From: an uncultured Verrucomicrobiota bacterium
GTDB taxonomy: Bacteria; Auribacterota; JABMQX01
Reading direction: 5' to 3'
DNA length: 64,000 nucleotides
Assembly (NCBI GenBank): GCA_964640185.1
Contig: CAZXGF010000010.1
Span: 162 to 64,161 of the forward strand
Shown here: positions 27,355 to 37,276 of the stretch, one piece after another
Layout of the letters: each line of letters begins with the position of its first letter
Position numbering within the stretch: the first letter of the stretch is position 1
The notes under the pieces: model-generated
What the model saw: only the letters and a program-made list of their open reading frames with translations
Databases searched by the model: none
What the model was told of the DNA's origin: nothing
Made by a program: the position numbers and the translations under genes

Positions 27355-29202
27355 TTATTGGGACAGAACAAACTCGACGAGGTCCGCGAGCTCCTTGTCG
27401 CTCAGTTGCGAGGTGGTCCCGTGGGTGTCGTTCTCGTTAAACTTAGTTACAACTTCGCTCATGGTCGCGGCACGGCCATCGTAGAGGTATGGCGCCGTTC
27501 GCCACGCCTCAACCAGGGTTGGGGTGTCGAACTGGCGGTTCTCTTCCATGCCCCTGCCAGTGCCCACATCGTGTTTGCGCATGTCTGTGTACAACGGCGG
27601 AGGATGGCACCTCGCGCAGCCAGCTTTCTCAAAGACCTTTTTGCCTCGGACGGCCGAGGCGCTCAACGTCCCCTCGACCAGAAAGGGACTCGGAATCGGT
27701 TGCAGCGACTGGAGGTATTGGTCAATCGCAACGGCATCCGCTTCCGGGCGCACAGCGAACTGAATATGTTCGATGCCCGCGCGCACGGCGGACTCGGCAT
27801 TCTCACGCACGCCGGTGACCATCGCAGGCGGGGTTTTGTGCGAGAGGAGCAGGCTTTTGGTGTTCTTCGGGTTGCCCATACCGTCGTTGAGGAGGTCCCA
27901 GTTCAGGGTGTCGGCGCGCCCCCCCGGATGACAGCTCGAGCAGCTCTGCCATTTCTGAAAGCACAGCCTCGCATCGTGGAAGAAGATCTCGCCCCTTCGC
28001 ACGGCACTCATGCGGAACTGTGCCGTCAGCGGCAGAGACCGAGCTTTGGGCCGCGCCAGGCTGACGTCCACGACGCCAATTGTGTCGGTGAAATACTCGG
28101 CGGTATATACCTTCGTGCCGACGATGGTTAGAGCGCGCGGGCCATTGCCGGGGAGACTCAGGCGGCGTCGCACATCCGGAAAAAACGACAGGTCGTTTGG
28201 AACATCGGCGGCTGATGATGACACCTGGGAGACCCTTTCACCGCGAGCGACCCGGGCGAGCTTCTCGTGGAGCTTCGCTCTGTCAATAACGCTCACCTCG
28301 TGGGAGCCAGCGTGGGCGACGCAGATGTACTTGCCGTCAGCCGTGCACGCGACGCCCCAGGGGTTAGCCCCGCCGGAGGCCACATCATCCAGAAGGACCG
28401 TGTTCAAAACTGTTCGCTCCGCGACATCGAGAATGCTGAGGGCGTTGGTGTTCATCCAGCCCCGCTCGAGTTGCGTGGTTGGAAGCGGATACCGAGCCAG
28501 GATGTGGGTTACGTACGCGTGGCGGCCATGGGGCGAGATGCAGATACCCCTCAGCGCGGTGCTGCCGTTGTGCAACCGGACGCTGTTGACCACCTTCCGC
28601 GAAGATGTGCCGATGACCGAAACAGCCGCCGCCACGTAATCTTCGTCGGCAGCCCCCTCGGGCAAATGGTTCGCAACAAACAAATACTCGCCGTCCGGGG
28701 TCATGGCCGCGGCGATGGGCTCGCGCATCACGGGGACCCGGGCAACCTCCGTTTTCGAGGCAAGGTTGATGACCGAGACGTCGTTGTCGAACCGGTTGCA
28801 GACGTAGAGCGTTTTGCCATCGGGGCTGACGACGGGCGCCATAGGGGTGTGCCCCGCCGGAATACGGCACGTGATCTTTCCGTTTTTCGAGTCAATTACG
28901 TACACGCCGCCTCTGGGAAAGCAACCAGCCACGTACAAGCGGCTCTCGTCGGGAGAGAGCGCGAGTCCGGCGGGGCGGCCCGGGAGCAAAATGGTCCGGC
29001 TGACTTTCCCACTTGCGATGTCGAACACGGCGATGCGTTTCGCCGTGGCTTCGGCGACGTAAAGCGTCGTGCCTTCCATATCTGAGGCCAATGCCGTCGG
29101 CGAAGCGTAACTTTCCTGGACGGCGCCCGCGCTTGCCGCAAAAATGATGGATGCGCAAAGCCCGCCCTCGAGCAGCGTTGCATTGCGGAGCACTCGCCTC
29201 AT
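27355..29202 (-). CDS. YVTN beta-propeller / di-heme cytochrome-c-peroxidase-like protein
   Basis: YVTN repeats (LYVAEATAKRIAVFD, LYVAGCFPRGGVYVID, LYVCNRFDNDVSVIN); CSSCH and CARCH heme motifs; homologous to the C-terminal part of 8080-10968. Confidence 0.75.
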   Translation of the reverse strand: MRRVLRNATLLEGGLCASIIFAASAGAVQESYASPTALASDMEGTTLYVAEATAKRIAVFDIASGKVSRTILLPGRPAGLALSPDESRLYVAGCFPRGGVYVIDSKNGKITCRIPAGHTPMAPVVSPDGKTLYVCNRFDNDVSVINLASKTEVARVPVMREPIAAAMTPDGEYLFVANHLPEGAADEDYVAAAVSVIGTSSRKVVNSVRLHNGSTALRGICISPHGRHAYVTHILARYPLPTTQLERGWMNTNALSILDVAERTVLNTVLLDDVASGGANPWGVACTADGKYICVAHAGSHEVSVIDRAKLHEKLARVARGERVSQVSSSAADVPNDLSFFPDVRRRLSLPGNGPRALTIVGTKVYTAEYFTDTIGVVDVSLARPKARSLPLTAQFRMSAVRRGEIFFHDARLCFQKWQSCSSCHPGGRADTLNWDLLNDGMGNPKNTKSLLLSHKTPPAMVTGVRENAESAVRAGIEHIQFAVRPEADAVAIDQYLQSLQPIPSPFLVEGTLSASAVRGKKVFEKAGCARCHPPPLYTDMRKHDVGTGRGMEENRQFDTPTLVEAWRTAPYLYDGRAATMSEVVTKFNENDTHGTTSQLSDKELADLVEFVLSQ

Positions 29203-29354
29203 TTCTTCTCTTCTCCTCTCCTATTTTAGTGCCTCGGCATTTCAACAAAGATATGTTTGTCGAGTAACGCGGAGTTATCGGAAAGTGAGTCAGGTTCGAC
29301 GATGAATGCAGAATGAACAGCCCGCGCGCGCTCGTTGGGCGGTGTCAGGAGTTG

Positions 29355-31988
29355 TTACTCTTGTTTGTCATTCCGACTTTGTGGCCTTTCCGCCATTATG
29401 GATTCGCGGTCGGCGACCTCGCTATGTTGGCTTTGCTTTGCGATAAGCTTCTCGATATTGTTTCGCTCGATTTCCTCCATGCGCTTGCGTTTCTGCGTGA
29501 AGTGGTTGTACTTGCGAACATCGTCGGGCGACCATGCGTTGGCTTCTGTATAGTCGCCGCAATACGGAACTAACAGGTCTATCCAGCAAGCGAGCTTGTC
29601 GAATTCCTCTCGGGTCATTTTTACACCCTCATGCCCTGTTTCGAGCAGTGTGATGAGCAGGCTCCTGGCGGCTCCCGCGTAGTACGGCGGAAGCGCAGGC
29701 GGCGCCGACTGGGCACTGATCCAGTTCACGAGCTCGCTCGACTGGCCTCGCCGCGTCAGCGCCAGATAGGAATCGCTCCACTTTCGCCCTGCTACAGTGT
29801 CCTGCATTTGCTTGCCCAAAAGACTGAAGGAGGTCTCGCTGCCACGGCCCTGTCGCGGGTCTTTGGGAGTGCCGGACTGAGCCCCGCCATTGTGGCAGCG
29901 GATGCAGTGCCGGTCAAGAATCGGCTGGATTTCCCCGATAAAACTAAATCCCCTCGGGGGTCCGTAAAAGGGCTCGAGCTGCCTCGGCCCCGCTGCCATT
30001 GCGAGGGTCGCTTTTGTGACGAGTGGCGTGGAGTTCTTGCTTTCGTGGCAGCCAACGCAGGAGAACACCTCCCCCGGCTGGAGGGTGGACCAGCTCCGCA
30101 TGGTCTGGACAGCGTGCCGCTTTTCATCGAGGGCCTGAAAGTAAACAGGTGTGCGCGCCGGCACGGTGAAGCAGGCTGAGCCGTCCTCGTACACTTGGGC
30201 GTCGCCCAGCACAATCTTAATGTCCCAGCTCCCGTTGCCAATCGCGATGGGGGTGCTAATGAGGGCACTCCCGGCGGGGCCGCGATTTCGGTTTTCCCCA
30301 ATGCCCGCCGCACGGTATTCGAGCGCCACCACGCGAAGTCGCTTGACAGTTCCGCGAGGAACGCCTCGCAGGCTCGGCCCGGCGTAAATGTCCTGGACAT
30401 AGTAGGCGCCTGTCTTCTTGCGGTAATCCACGACGCTCGGACGCACGTGCGGCCTCTTGCGCGGCGAGAGCGGCACGGGCTGGTTGCAGGAGATGCGCGG
30501 GTCAGATACCAAAAGCTCTCGCCGGCCGTCAATGGTCATGAAATAGATGGCGTAGGGCCGCACATACCTTTTGCTCCCGCTGCCGTAAGGGTCGTAGGTC
30601 ACAAGGAAGCACGTCTCACTCAGCGGGTAGGGATATTGAAACTGGTCGCCGTCCTGGCCGTACTGGTCAACGCGAACGGCCCGGGTCTCGCGAACCGGGG
30701 CGACCAACTGCACGCCGGCGGCTTCTTGGCGGCCCCGCCGGATGTCTATGATGGCCAGCTTCCCCCGCTGGTGAGTGTGGTGCCCGGACAAAACCGCGAC
30801 GATCTCACTTGAGGCGGGGATGCCCCTGGCGTGCATGATGGTGGTGGGAAACCAGGAGTTGTTCCCATAACACTCGGTTTGACCCGTTCCGTCGGGGTTC
30901 ATCCGGAACAGGGGTTGGGTGTAGATTTGACCCCGATCGCTGTATTCCCAGCGAGTATAGATGACCTGACCATCATCCCGCACGGACGGATAATTGGTGT
31001 GGACCTGGTCGAAGGTCAACCGGCGGAGATAGCTTCCGTCCTTGTCGCAAGTGTAAAGGTTACTGACCTCGGTCCACCAGCAGTCCACCGTTTGCACACA
31101 GCGGGTTGAGCTAAACACGATGTCGCCATTGGGTAGGTACGCTGGCTCGTAATCTGCGAAGCCCAGGCCGAAGGTGAGCTGGCGGACAGTCCCGCTCGCC
31201 ACGTCCATCTCGTAAAGATGGTAGTCGTCCTTGCGGTCAGATTTCTTCCACGCGAAGAGGATACGTTTGGCATCGTACGAGACAGCGGGGTCGCGGATGA
31301 CGCCATTCGGGTCGTGGATGAGGGTCTGCACATCGCCGTAGTTGCCGTTCATCTTCAGAAGGCAGAGGCTGGCGCCCGGTATGAAATGCCGCTCGCTCTG
31401 GGCGTCAGACTGGCCCTCGGTATAGGCATAATGTGATCCGCCCAGATTGTAATGTTTCGTGAAAACGATCTTCGCGCAGTGCTCGAGCAGAGGTTTGAGG
31501 CGCATCCCTCGCCGTCGTTCGCAGGCTTTCACGTAAAGGTCCAGCCAGCGGTGGTCATCCGGCGCGGACCCGCCGGCGCAAAGCTCCTCGAGTTCCCCCC
31601 GGAAATCCCCGCCGCCCGGGCCAATTTCGTCCAAAACCCGGGCGACCATCTTCTTCTCGAGCTCGGTGTCGCTGGCATTGCCAAACCAGTTGTGGAAGTC
31701 TTTGCCCACGTCCTGAAGTGCCCAGTCACATCGAATTGGAAAATCGGTCTCAACCTGCGACCAAAGCTTCGCTTGCCGCTGGCGTTTGTCCTTCTCTGAA
31801 ACCTCCAGCTTCTCCAACGCTTCGCGTGAGGCAAGCATTGTCTCGCTCCAGGTATCCCGCTTGATATAGCATCGTGGCTTTTCACTCCGTTGCGCCCGCC
31901 CACCTGTAGCGGCGCTCTCGACGCTGAGAAAAGAGCTGAAGAAGAAATAAACCAGTCCAGCCCCACAAGCGGCGATTGTTACTCTCAT
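29355..31988 (-). CDS. TolB/PD40-like beta-propeller protein with CxxCH motifs (repeat-free paralog of 3290-6346)
   Basis: CVGCHES and CIRCHNG; propeller (PNGDIVFSSTRC, DGQVIYTRWEYSD); C-terminal FDKLACWIDLLVPYCGDY block; signal peptide. Confidence 0.75.
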   Translation of the reverse strand: MRVTIAACGAGLVYFFFSSFLSVESAATGGRAQRSEKPRCYIKRDTWSETMLASREALEKLEVSEKDKRQRQAKLWSQVETDFPIRCDWALQDVGKDFHNWFGNASDTELEKKMVARVLDEIGPGGGDFRGELEELCAGGSAPDDHRWLDLYVKACERRRGMRLKPLLEHCAKIVFTKHYNLGGSHYAYTEGQSDAQSERHFIPGASLCLLKMNGNYGDVQTLIHDPNGVIRDPAVSYDAKRILFAWKKSDRKDDYHLYEMDVASGTVRQLTFGLGFADYEPAYLPNGDIVFSSTRCVQTVDCWWTEVSNLYTCDKDGSYLRRLTFDQVHTNYPSVRDDGQVIYTRWEYSDRGQIYTQPLFRMNPDGTGQTECYGNNSWFPTTIMHARGIPASSEIVAVLSGHHTHQRGKLAIIDIRRGRQEAAGVQLVAPVRETRAVRVDQYGQDGDQFQYPYPLSETCFLVTYDPYGSGSKRYVRPYAIYFMTIDGRRELLVSDPRISCNQPVPLSPRKRPHVRPSVVDYRKKTGAYYVQDIYAGPSLRGVPRGTVKRLRVVALEYRAAGIGENRNRGPAGSALISTPIAIGNGSWDIKIVLGDAQVYEDGSACFTVPARTPVYFQALDEKRHAVQTMRSWSTLQPGEVFSCVGCHESKNSTPLVTKATLAMAAGPRQLEPFYGPPRGFSFIGEIQPILDRHCIRCHNGGAQSGTPKDPRQGRGSETSFSLLGKQMQDTVAGRKWSDSYLALTRRGQSSELVNWISAQSAPPALPPYYAGAARSLLITLLETGHEGVKMTREEFDKLACWIDLLVPYCGDYTEANAWSPDDVRKYNHFTQKRKRMEEIERNNIEKLIAKQSQHSEVADRESIMAERPQSRNDKQE

Positions 31989-32186
31989 GGTGCCTTCCTC
32001 GCCTCAAAACCGGGCAGCGTTTGCGGAATGCGTTTATGGAATGTCGGGCTCGCCTGTCCCTGTGGAGCACAGACTCCAAGACCAACCAGAAGCCTCTCTG
32101 AGATTTGCGCGTTTTGGACTCGGCCTTGATGGGTGACAGCGCGCGCAGAGACGTCGGCATGCCGCAGGCCATTCTCTGCTACGTCG

Positions 32187-33616
32187 CTACTTTCTCTGGC
32201 GGCAGATGTACAGGACTGCATCGCCGCGGAAGGGCGCCGTGAACTTCCGTTTGGCGCCGCCGGAGGTCTTTTTTGCTCTTAACGGCTTGCCGGTGCTGGG
32301 GTTGAACCACTCGACAAAGAGCGGACCCTTGCCCGCGGACAGGTCCACTGTCACCGTGCCCCCGGAGGGTAGATAAACGAGGTATTCTGAGCCCCGATTC
32401 GCCAGGCAGTACTTCGTCGAGGCAAGCCCGTTGTGCGGGACCATTTTCACGAGGTTCATGCGCCTGGCGTACTGGAGAGTGTATCCCATGCTGCGGCGGA
32501 TGGGGTCGAACTTCGGGTCTAACTGACTGCCGAGGACGACGCCTTTGTAGGGGTCCATGAAGATGGGATTGAAACCCCTGACGAAGCTTTTCCACACCCA
32601 TGCCTGATTGCCGCCGATTCCCCAGAGGTGGTCGGTGTCGCTGAGGACAACTTTGCGTCCATCGGCCGCCGGCGGATTGTCGCGATAGCCTCCCTCCGGA
32701 TTGGGAGAGACCCACTCGGCGGGACTCTCGAAAAGCGTGCTGTTTTTCCCGCCCCTGTACTGGAATGTCATGCCGACGGGATGCTGCTTCGGCTTGCCTT
32801 TCTCGTACTTGTGAATGGAATCAATCATGTGATACTGCCACTTTGTGGATGGCGGATGGTTCTCGTTCGATATCTCGTAGAGGACGTTGTCGAGGTCGTT
32901 GACGGTGTCAATGACCTTTCTGACATACGCTTCCTGCAAGGCGGTGATGGCCGGGTTAGCGAGGGTGTGGATTTCAAGCCCCTTGCTGTCGCTGTTCAGG
33001 TCGCCATTTATGCCGTTGACGTTGTTGTCGCGGTTGAAAGGATGTCCTTCCCAGGCGCCGGGCGAAAACTGGACGCCCCATCCCTCGAAGAGCATGACGG
33101 AGACGTAGATGCCCCGGTCACGCGCGGCGGTTACTCTGGCTCGCAACCGATTGAAGTAGTCTTGATTGAATTTCTTTAGATTGAACTTCGGCTTTCCATC
33201 CAAAGCCTTACCCGGGCCCGTGCGCGCCCACGGTTGGAAAGTGGCATGGTGAACGTCTTTTTTTCGAAAAGCGGGGTTATTCCCTCTGGTGTCCCAGGTC
33301 GTTGACTCCCAGGTCCACATCCGAATGAAATTGTGATTGAGCCGCCGCATCCAGCCGAGATAGGCGGGGAAGTCGAAGCGAGGCGGGGGATCGCTCGGGC
33401 CCATATCCACGAGGTTGCTCCAGGTATGTGAACCGGTGAGGTAAACTGCTTTGCCGCTACCGTCCGTGAAGTAGCGGGGATTCTTCTTACAGACCCTGAG
33501 GGGGCCGGTGGTTTTGGCGGCATGTCCCACTGCGAGGAGAGCCGCGAATGTGAGCAGTAGCAACAGTACGAATTTTGTGACTTCCTTCATTCGTCTCTCC
33601 GGTACACGCATCTGAT
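32187..33616 (-). CDS. GH5-like glycoside hydrolase (DUF4038/GH140-like catalytic TIM barrel), secreted
   Basis: GAGGAGGT RBS; signal peptide; YEISNENHP (catalytic NE) block. Confidence 0.65.
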
Positions 33617-33693
33617 ACCTCCTCTCTGATTTTTCTTGATTGCCTGATGGCAACTCTGGTGCTGCTGATGCCAAACTCATTCTGCCAATATCT

Positions 33694-34329
33694 CTAAATC
33701 TTGGGAAAGCCCTTGCCGTTCGAAAGGGTCGAACGTTGTTGCTCTATTGCGGAAGCGTGCACCTCGGCCTCCATAACGCTTAGAGCGATCTGGGCTGTCT
33801 CCTCTAAGCTTCGCGTGACGGGGACAACTGTGAGGGCTTCCAGGTCGTGTGAGGTAACTGCCAAATACAATAAGCCCTCAAGGTCAAGAACCGTGGACGG
33901 GTCAAAACGGAAGCATGCTATGTTGTCAAGCAGCCCTTTCTGCTTCTTCAACCGAGTGTAGTGCTCCATGATCTGTCCCATCGCCACCGGCCGTTCAAAC
34001 ATGTAGAAAGCGTTCCAACCGTACTCCATCGGAAAGTCGGGTCTGTCGGGTTTCCAAACCAAATCGCTGGTGGGGATTGTTACCCGTCCTCCGAACAACC
34101 AGAACGGCCGCCTCAGCCTGGTCTCCACCAATGCATCCTGCGCTCTAATTACCTTCCATATCCCACGATCTATCGAATCGCGGGGCACGACCATGTAGAG
34201 AGTCCCCTTCTCGCGCTGGCAAACTCCCATAACCACCTTAAGCTCCGCGTTTGCAGCGACGGACTCGAAATCTATCCGGATCTCTTCAGTTCCGTTGGAT
34301 ATCACGAAGATATAGCCGCCAGCCCTCAT
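33694..34329 (-). CDS. hypothetical protein
   Basis: AAGGAGAG RBS; no motif recognised. Confidence 0.4.
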   Translation of the reverse strand: MRAGGYIFVISNGTEEIRIDFESVAANAELKVVMGVCQREKGTLYMVVPRDSIDRGIWKVIRAQDALVETRLRRPFWLFGGRVTIPTSDLVWKPDRPDFPMEYGWNAFYMFERPVAMGQIMEHYTRLKKQKGLLDNIACFRFDPSTVLDLEGLLYLAVTSHDLEALTVVPVTRSLEETAQIALSVMEAEVHASAIEQQRSTLSNGKGFPKI

Positions 34330-34523
34330 ACTCTCCGCTCTCCTTCGCTGACGTTGCTGCCAGGAGGCGCGCTGGTCTCGCGGTCCATGGGCGCGTTCAC
34401 CAATTATCATGCCGCATTTTCTACTTTGCGGCGCCGACCCAACCGGTCTTCTGAATTGAGACGATGTTCTTCAGAGTCAAAGCCCCCGAGCTGTCCGTCT
34501 TGCTGCCATAGACACGTATCTCG

Positions 34524-35144
34524 TCAATGAGTCCCCGGAAGATTCGGTCGGCCGTTCCGGGGCTGCGAGTGGCGGTGTTGAAATGGCCGAGGGTTGACTT
34601 TCAGCGATTGGAGGCGGTCTATGCTTCTTCTGATGGTTTCATCGTCCCATCCCATGAGGTAATAGGTCGTGGTACCGTTCCAGAAATAGTGCTCGCCGGT
34701 CCCCTCCCAGACGAAATGCCACGGATATTTCTTGTCAAGCCTCAGAATGCCCCGCCGTTTGCCCTCTTTTGCGCGGAAGGTTCCTTTGTGCGATTTTTCA
34801 AAGCTTCCCTGGCGGTAGTTGACAGAAAACGAATACTTCCCGAGTTCGTCCGGCATGAAACGGATGCGGAATAGGCTTCCGTCCTGCGAATCGCAGAAGC
34901 CAACCACTCGGATGGACCTGCCTCCCTCGCGCTGAAAACTTCCCTCGACGACGACATCGGTGAAGGGATTGCGTGCATCGGGTCTTTCGACATTCAGCGT
35001 GACCTCGGCAAAATCATACGCTTCAACCACCGGGGCAGATTGGGAAAAAGTGACGCTTTTGGGGGCAGCTTTCAGTAGCGCGGGCTGGGTCAAGGCTGTC
35101 AAGAAGATAGCGGGCAACAACAAAGCTTGTGGGCGGCAGTGCAT
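34524..35144 (-). CDS. DUF5060 domain protein (N-terminal module usually fused to DUF4038 glycosidases), possibly truncated
   Basis: HYFWNGTTTYYLMGWDDETIRRSIDRL block; ends shortly after the domain. Confidence 0.5.
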   Translation of the reverse strand: MHCRPQALLLPAIFLTALTQPALLKAAPKSVTFSQSAPVVEAYDFAEVTLNVERPDARNPFTDVVVEGSFQREGGRSIRVVGFCDSQDGSLFRIRFMPDELGKYSFSVNYRQGSFEKSHKGTFRAKEGKRRGILRLDKKYPWHFVWEGTGEHYFWNGTTTYYLMGWDDETIRRSIDRLQSLKVNPRPFQHRHSQPRNGRPNLPGTH

Positions 35145-35432
35145 AGTGGCCTCTTTTTCTATCGTGCTGTCAAGAGCCGGGAAAGGCAGGAAAACCGTTT
35201 CCCGCGTGCGAGGGCTATATTGGCTATTTTCGCCTGGAGGGAGGGCAAAGTCAAGCGCTTCCCGGAAGAAGGGTGCGGCTGTGTTTCGGTGGGAAGGAAA
35301 GGGGGGAGAAACCTTAACGCAGAGACGCAGAGAGGGGCTGAATGGCAAAAGCCGGACCACTCCTTTGTGGCGCGGGCGTCTCGCCCGTGAAGAATCATGG
35401 GCAAGATGCCCATGCCACGGGACAGGCGAGGA

Positions 35433-35546
35433 CGGACTCCTTCTCATTCTTCTTCTCTCTGCGACTCTGCGCCTTTGCGTTAATCTGCTGTTCCCTTCTT
35501 GCCTCCTCCAGCTCGGCCAGCTATCCGCCCGAGACTGAAGGGTTAC
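35433..35546 (+). repeat. ~80-nt conserved module M2 (GCGCCTTTGCGTTAATCTGCTGTTCCCTTCTTGCCTCCTCC...CCGCCCGAGACTGA)
   Basis: Differs from 3033-3117 by three transitions over ~80 nt; preceded by hairpin CATGGGCAAGATGCCCATG at 35395-35413. Confidence 0.8.
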
Positions 35547-35634
35547 ATACAGCCGCACATTCCGATTGCCTCGGTGTTGTTCTATTTGATACTTTCAGAG
35601 GAAAATCGAGGTTTCAATCTGGCTGGAAAGGGGT

Positions 35635-37047
35635 GTGATGATGCATTGGCCACGTAAGGTAATCGTGTGCGCGTTAAGTGTGGCGGCGCTGTGGAGTCTC
35701 GGCACGCGGTCGGCGACCGGTCTTGAGGTCGCAGACATCGGAAATCGGTTGGAACTGTTCGTTGATTCGCATCGAATCGAATCGCTGGATGGCGTGCGGC
35801 TCGTGGTCCATCACCCGAAGCGGATGGAGACGGCCTTGAAACTAAACGACGCCTGGGACGGAAAGTATAGCGCGTATTTCACCGTTTTTGAGGACAAAGG
35901 CTTGTTCCGAATGTACTATCGCGGCTGGGCGCAACTCAAGGGCGGGGAACAGGTTACCTGCTACGCGGAGAGCAAGGACGGAATCCACTGGCGCAAACCG
36001 AAGCTGGGGCTTTTTGAGCTCGTCGGTTCGAAGGAGAACAACATCATATTGAGGGCGCCGGGCGACAAGGGGACGCACAATTTCACGCCGTTTAAGGATA
36101 CGCGACCGGGCGTGCCTGCCGACCAGCGGTACAAGGCGCTGGGGGGCAAGCCGTCGTATGCGTTCTTGTCGGGCGACGGTATCCATTGGCGGCGGCTTGG
36201 TGACGAACCCGTCCTTACGAAGGGGGCGTTTGATTCGCAGAACCTCGCGTTCTGGGACCCAAACAAACAAAAGTATGCGACGTACTATCGCATTTTCACC
36301 CGAGGAGTGCGCGCCGTCGCAACGGCAAGCTCCGAGGACTTTATCCATTGGACAGACCCTAAACCCATCGAGCTGGGAGACACTCCGCCAGAGCATTTTT
36401 ACACTAACGCGACGCTCCCCTACTTCCGCGCCCCGCACTATTATTTTTCGTTTCCGAAGCGGTTCATCCCTGCTCGGAAGCGATTGCCGACCCACAAAGG
36501 GCGAGGGATTTCGGAAGGCATTTTTCTGAGCAGCCGAGACGGGCTGCACTTTGACCGAACGTTTATGGAGGCTTTCATCCGCCCCGGTCGCGACCGTTTG
36601 AACTGGGGTGACCGCAGCAACATGCCGGTATGGGGCATCCTACAAACGGCGCCGGACGAGATGTCCATCTACTTCAGCCAGAACTATAGCTACCCGACGC
36701 ACCACATTCGTCGTGGAGTTCTTCGGCTCGACGGCGTCGCGTCGGCCTCAGCCGGTTACGAGGGCGGGGAACTGGTGACGAAACCTATCCGCTTCAGCGG
36801 CAGGAAGCTCATACTCAACTATGCGACGGCTGCTTCCGGGAGCATTCGCGTTGAGATTCAGAGCCTCAAGGGCAAACCGTTTCCGGGCTTCTCGCTTGCG
36901 GAGGCAAAAGAATTGTATGGGGACGACATCGCGGAGGCTTATTCCTGGAAGTCCGGCGGCGATGTCTCCGCGCTCGCCGGGATGCCGGTGCGCCTGCGGT
37001 TCGCGATGAAGGATGCAGACCTGTATTCCTATCGCTTCGGCGAATGA
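35635..37047 (+). CDS. secreted BNR/Asp-box beta-propeller protein, glycosidase (sialidase/GH-propeller)-like
   Basis: Three S-x-D-G-x-x-W Asp-boxes (SKDGIHW, SGDGIHW, SEDFIHW); signal peptide. Confidence 0.6.
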   Translation: MMMHWPRKVIVCALSVAALWSLGTRSATGLEVADIGNRLELFVDSHRIESLDGVRLVVHHPKRMETALKLNDAWDGKYSAYFTVFEDKGLFRMYYRGWAQLKGGEQVTCYAESKDGIHWRKPKLGLFELVGSKENNIILRAPGDKGTHNFTPFKDTRPGVPADQRYKALGGKPSYAFLSGDGIHWRRLGDEPVLTKGAFDSQNLAFWDPNKQKYATYYRIFTRGVRAVATASSEDFIHWTDPKPIELGDTPPEHFYTNATLPYFRAPHYYFSFPKRFIPARKRLPTHKGRGISEGIFLSSRDGLHFDRTFMEAFIRPGRDRLNWGDRSNMPVWGILQTAPDEMSIYFSQNYSYPTHHIRRGVLRLDGVASASAGYEGGELVTKPIRFSGRKLILNYATAASGSIRVEIQSLKGKPFPGFSLAEAKELYGDDIAEAYSWKSGGDVSALAGMPVRLRFAMKDADLYSYRFGE

Positions 37048-37276
37048 GCTTCCATTTGTTCCCGATTCGGCTCGGAATTGTGAGTAGATTCTGAAATGCT
37101 CTGCGTCTTGGCGCCTTTGCGTTAAAAAGCAAGGGGGTGGCTTGACAGGATGAACAGCATTGAGAGCATGCACGCTACGCTGTTATGTTGTCCACACAAA
37201 CTGCGCCGCGCGAACGCGCGGAAGGAGGGCCAATGAGCAGGGCGGATAAACGCAGAGGCGCAGAGGGCATCCCAGG

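Noticed and set aside
34410-34530. Continuation of the DUF5060 gene in another frame (frameshifted fusion to the downstream gene)
   Set aside because: The alternative frame runs only ~45 codons to a stop and the downstream 211-aa ORF has no glycosidase motifs. The split-gene interpretation is kept, at low confidence.
37100-37125. sigma54 promoter at TGGCGCCTTTGCG
   Set aside because: GG-to-GC spacing is 9 rather than the required 10-nt separation of the -24/-12 elements, and other copies of the motif lack TGGC.
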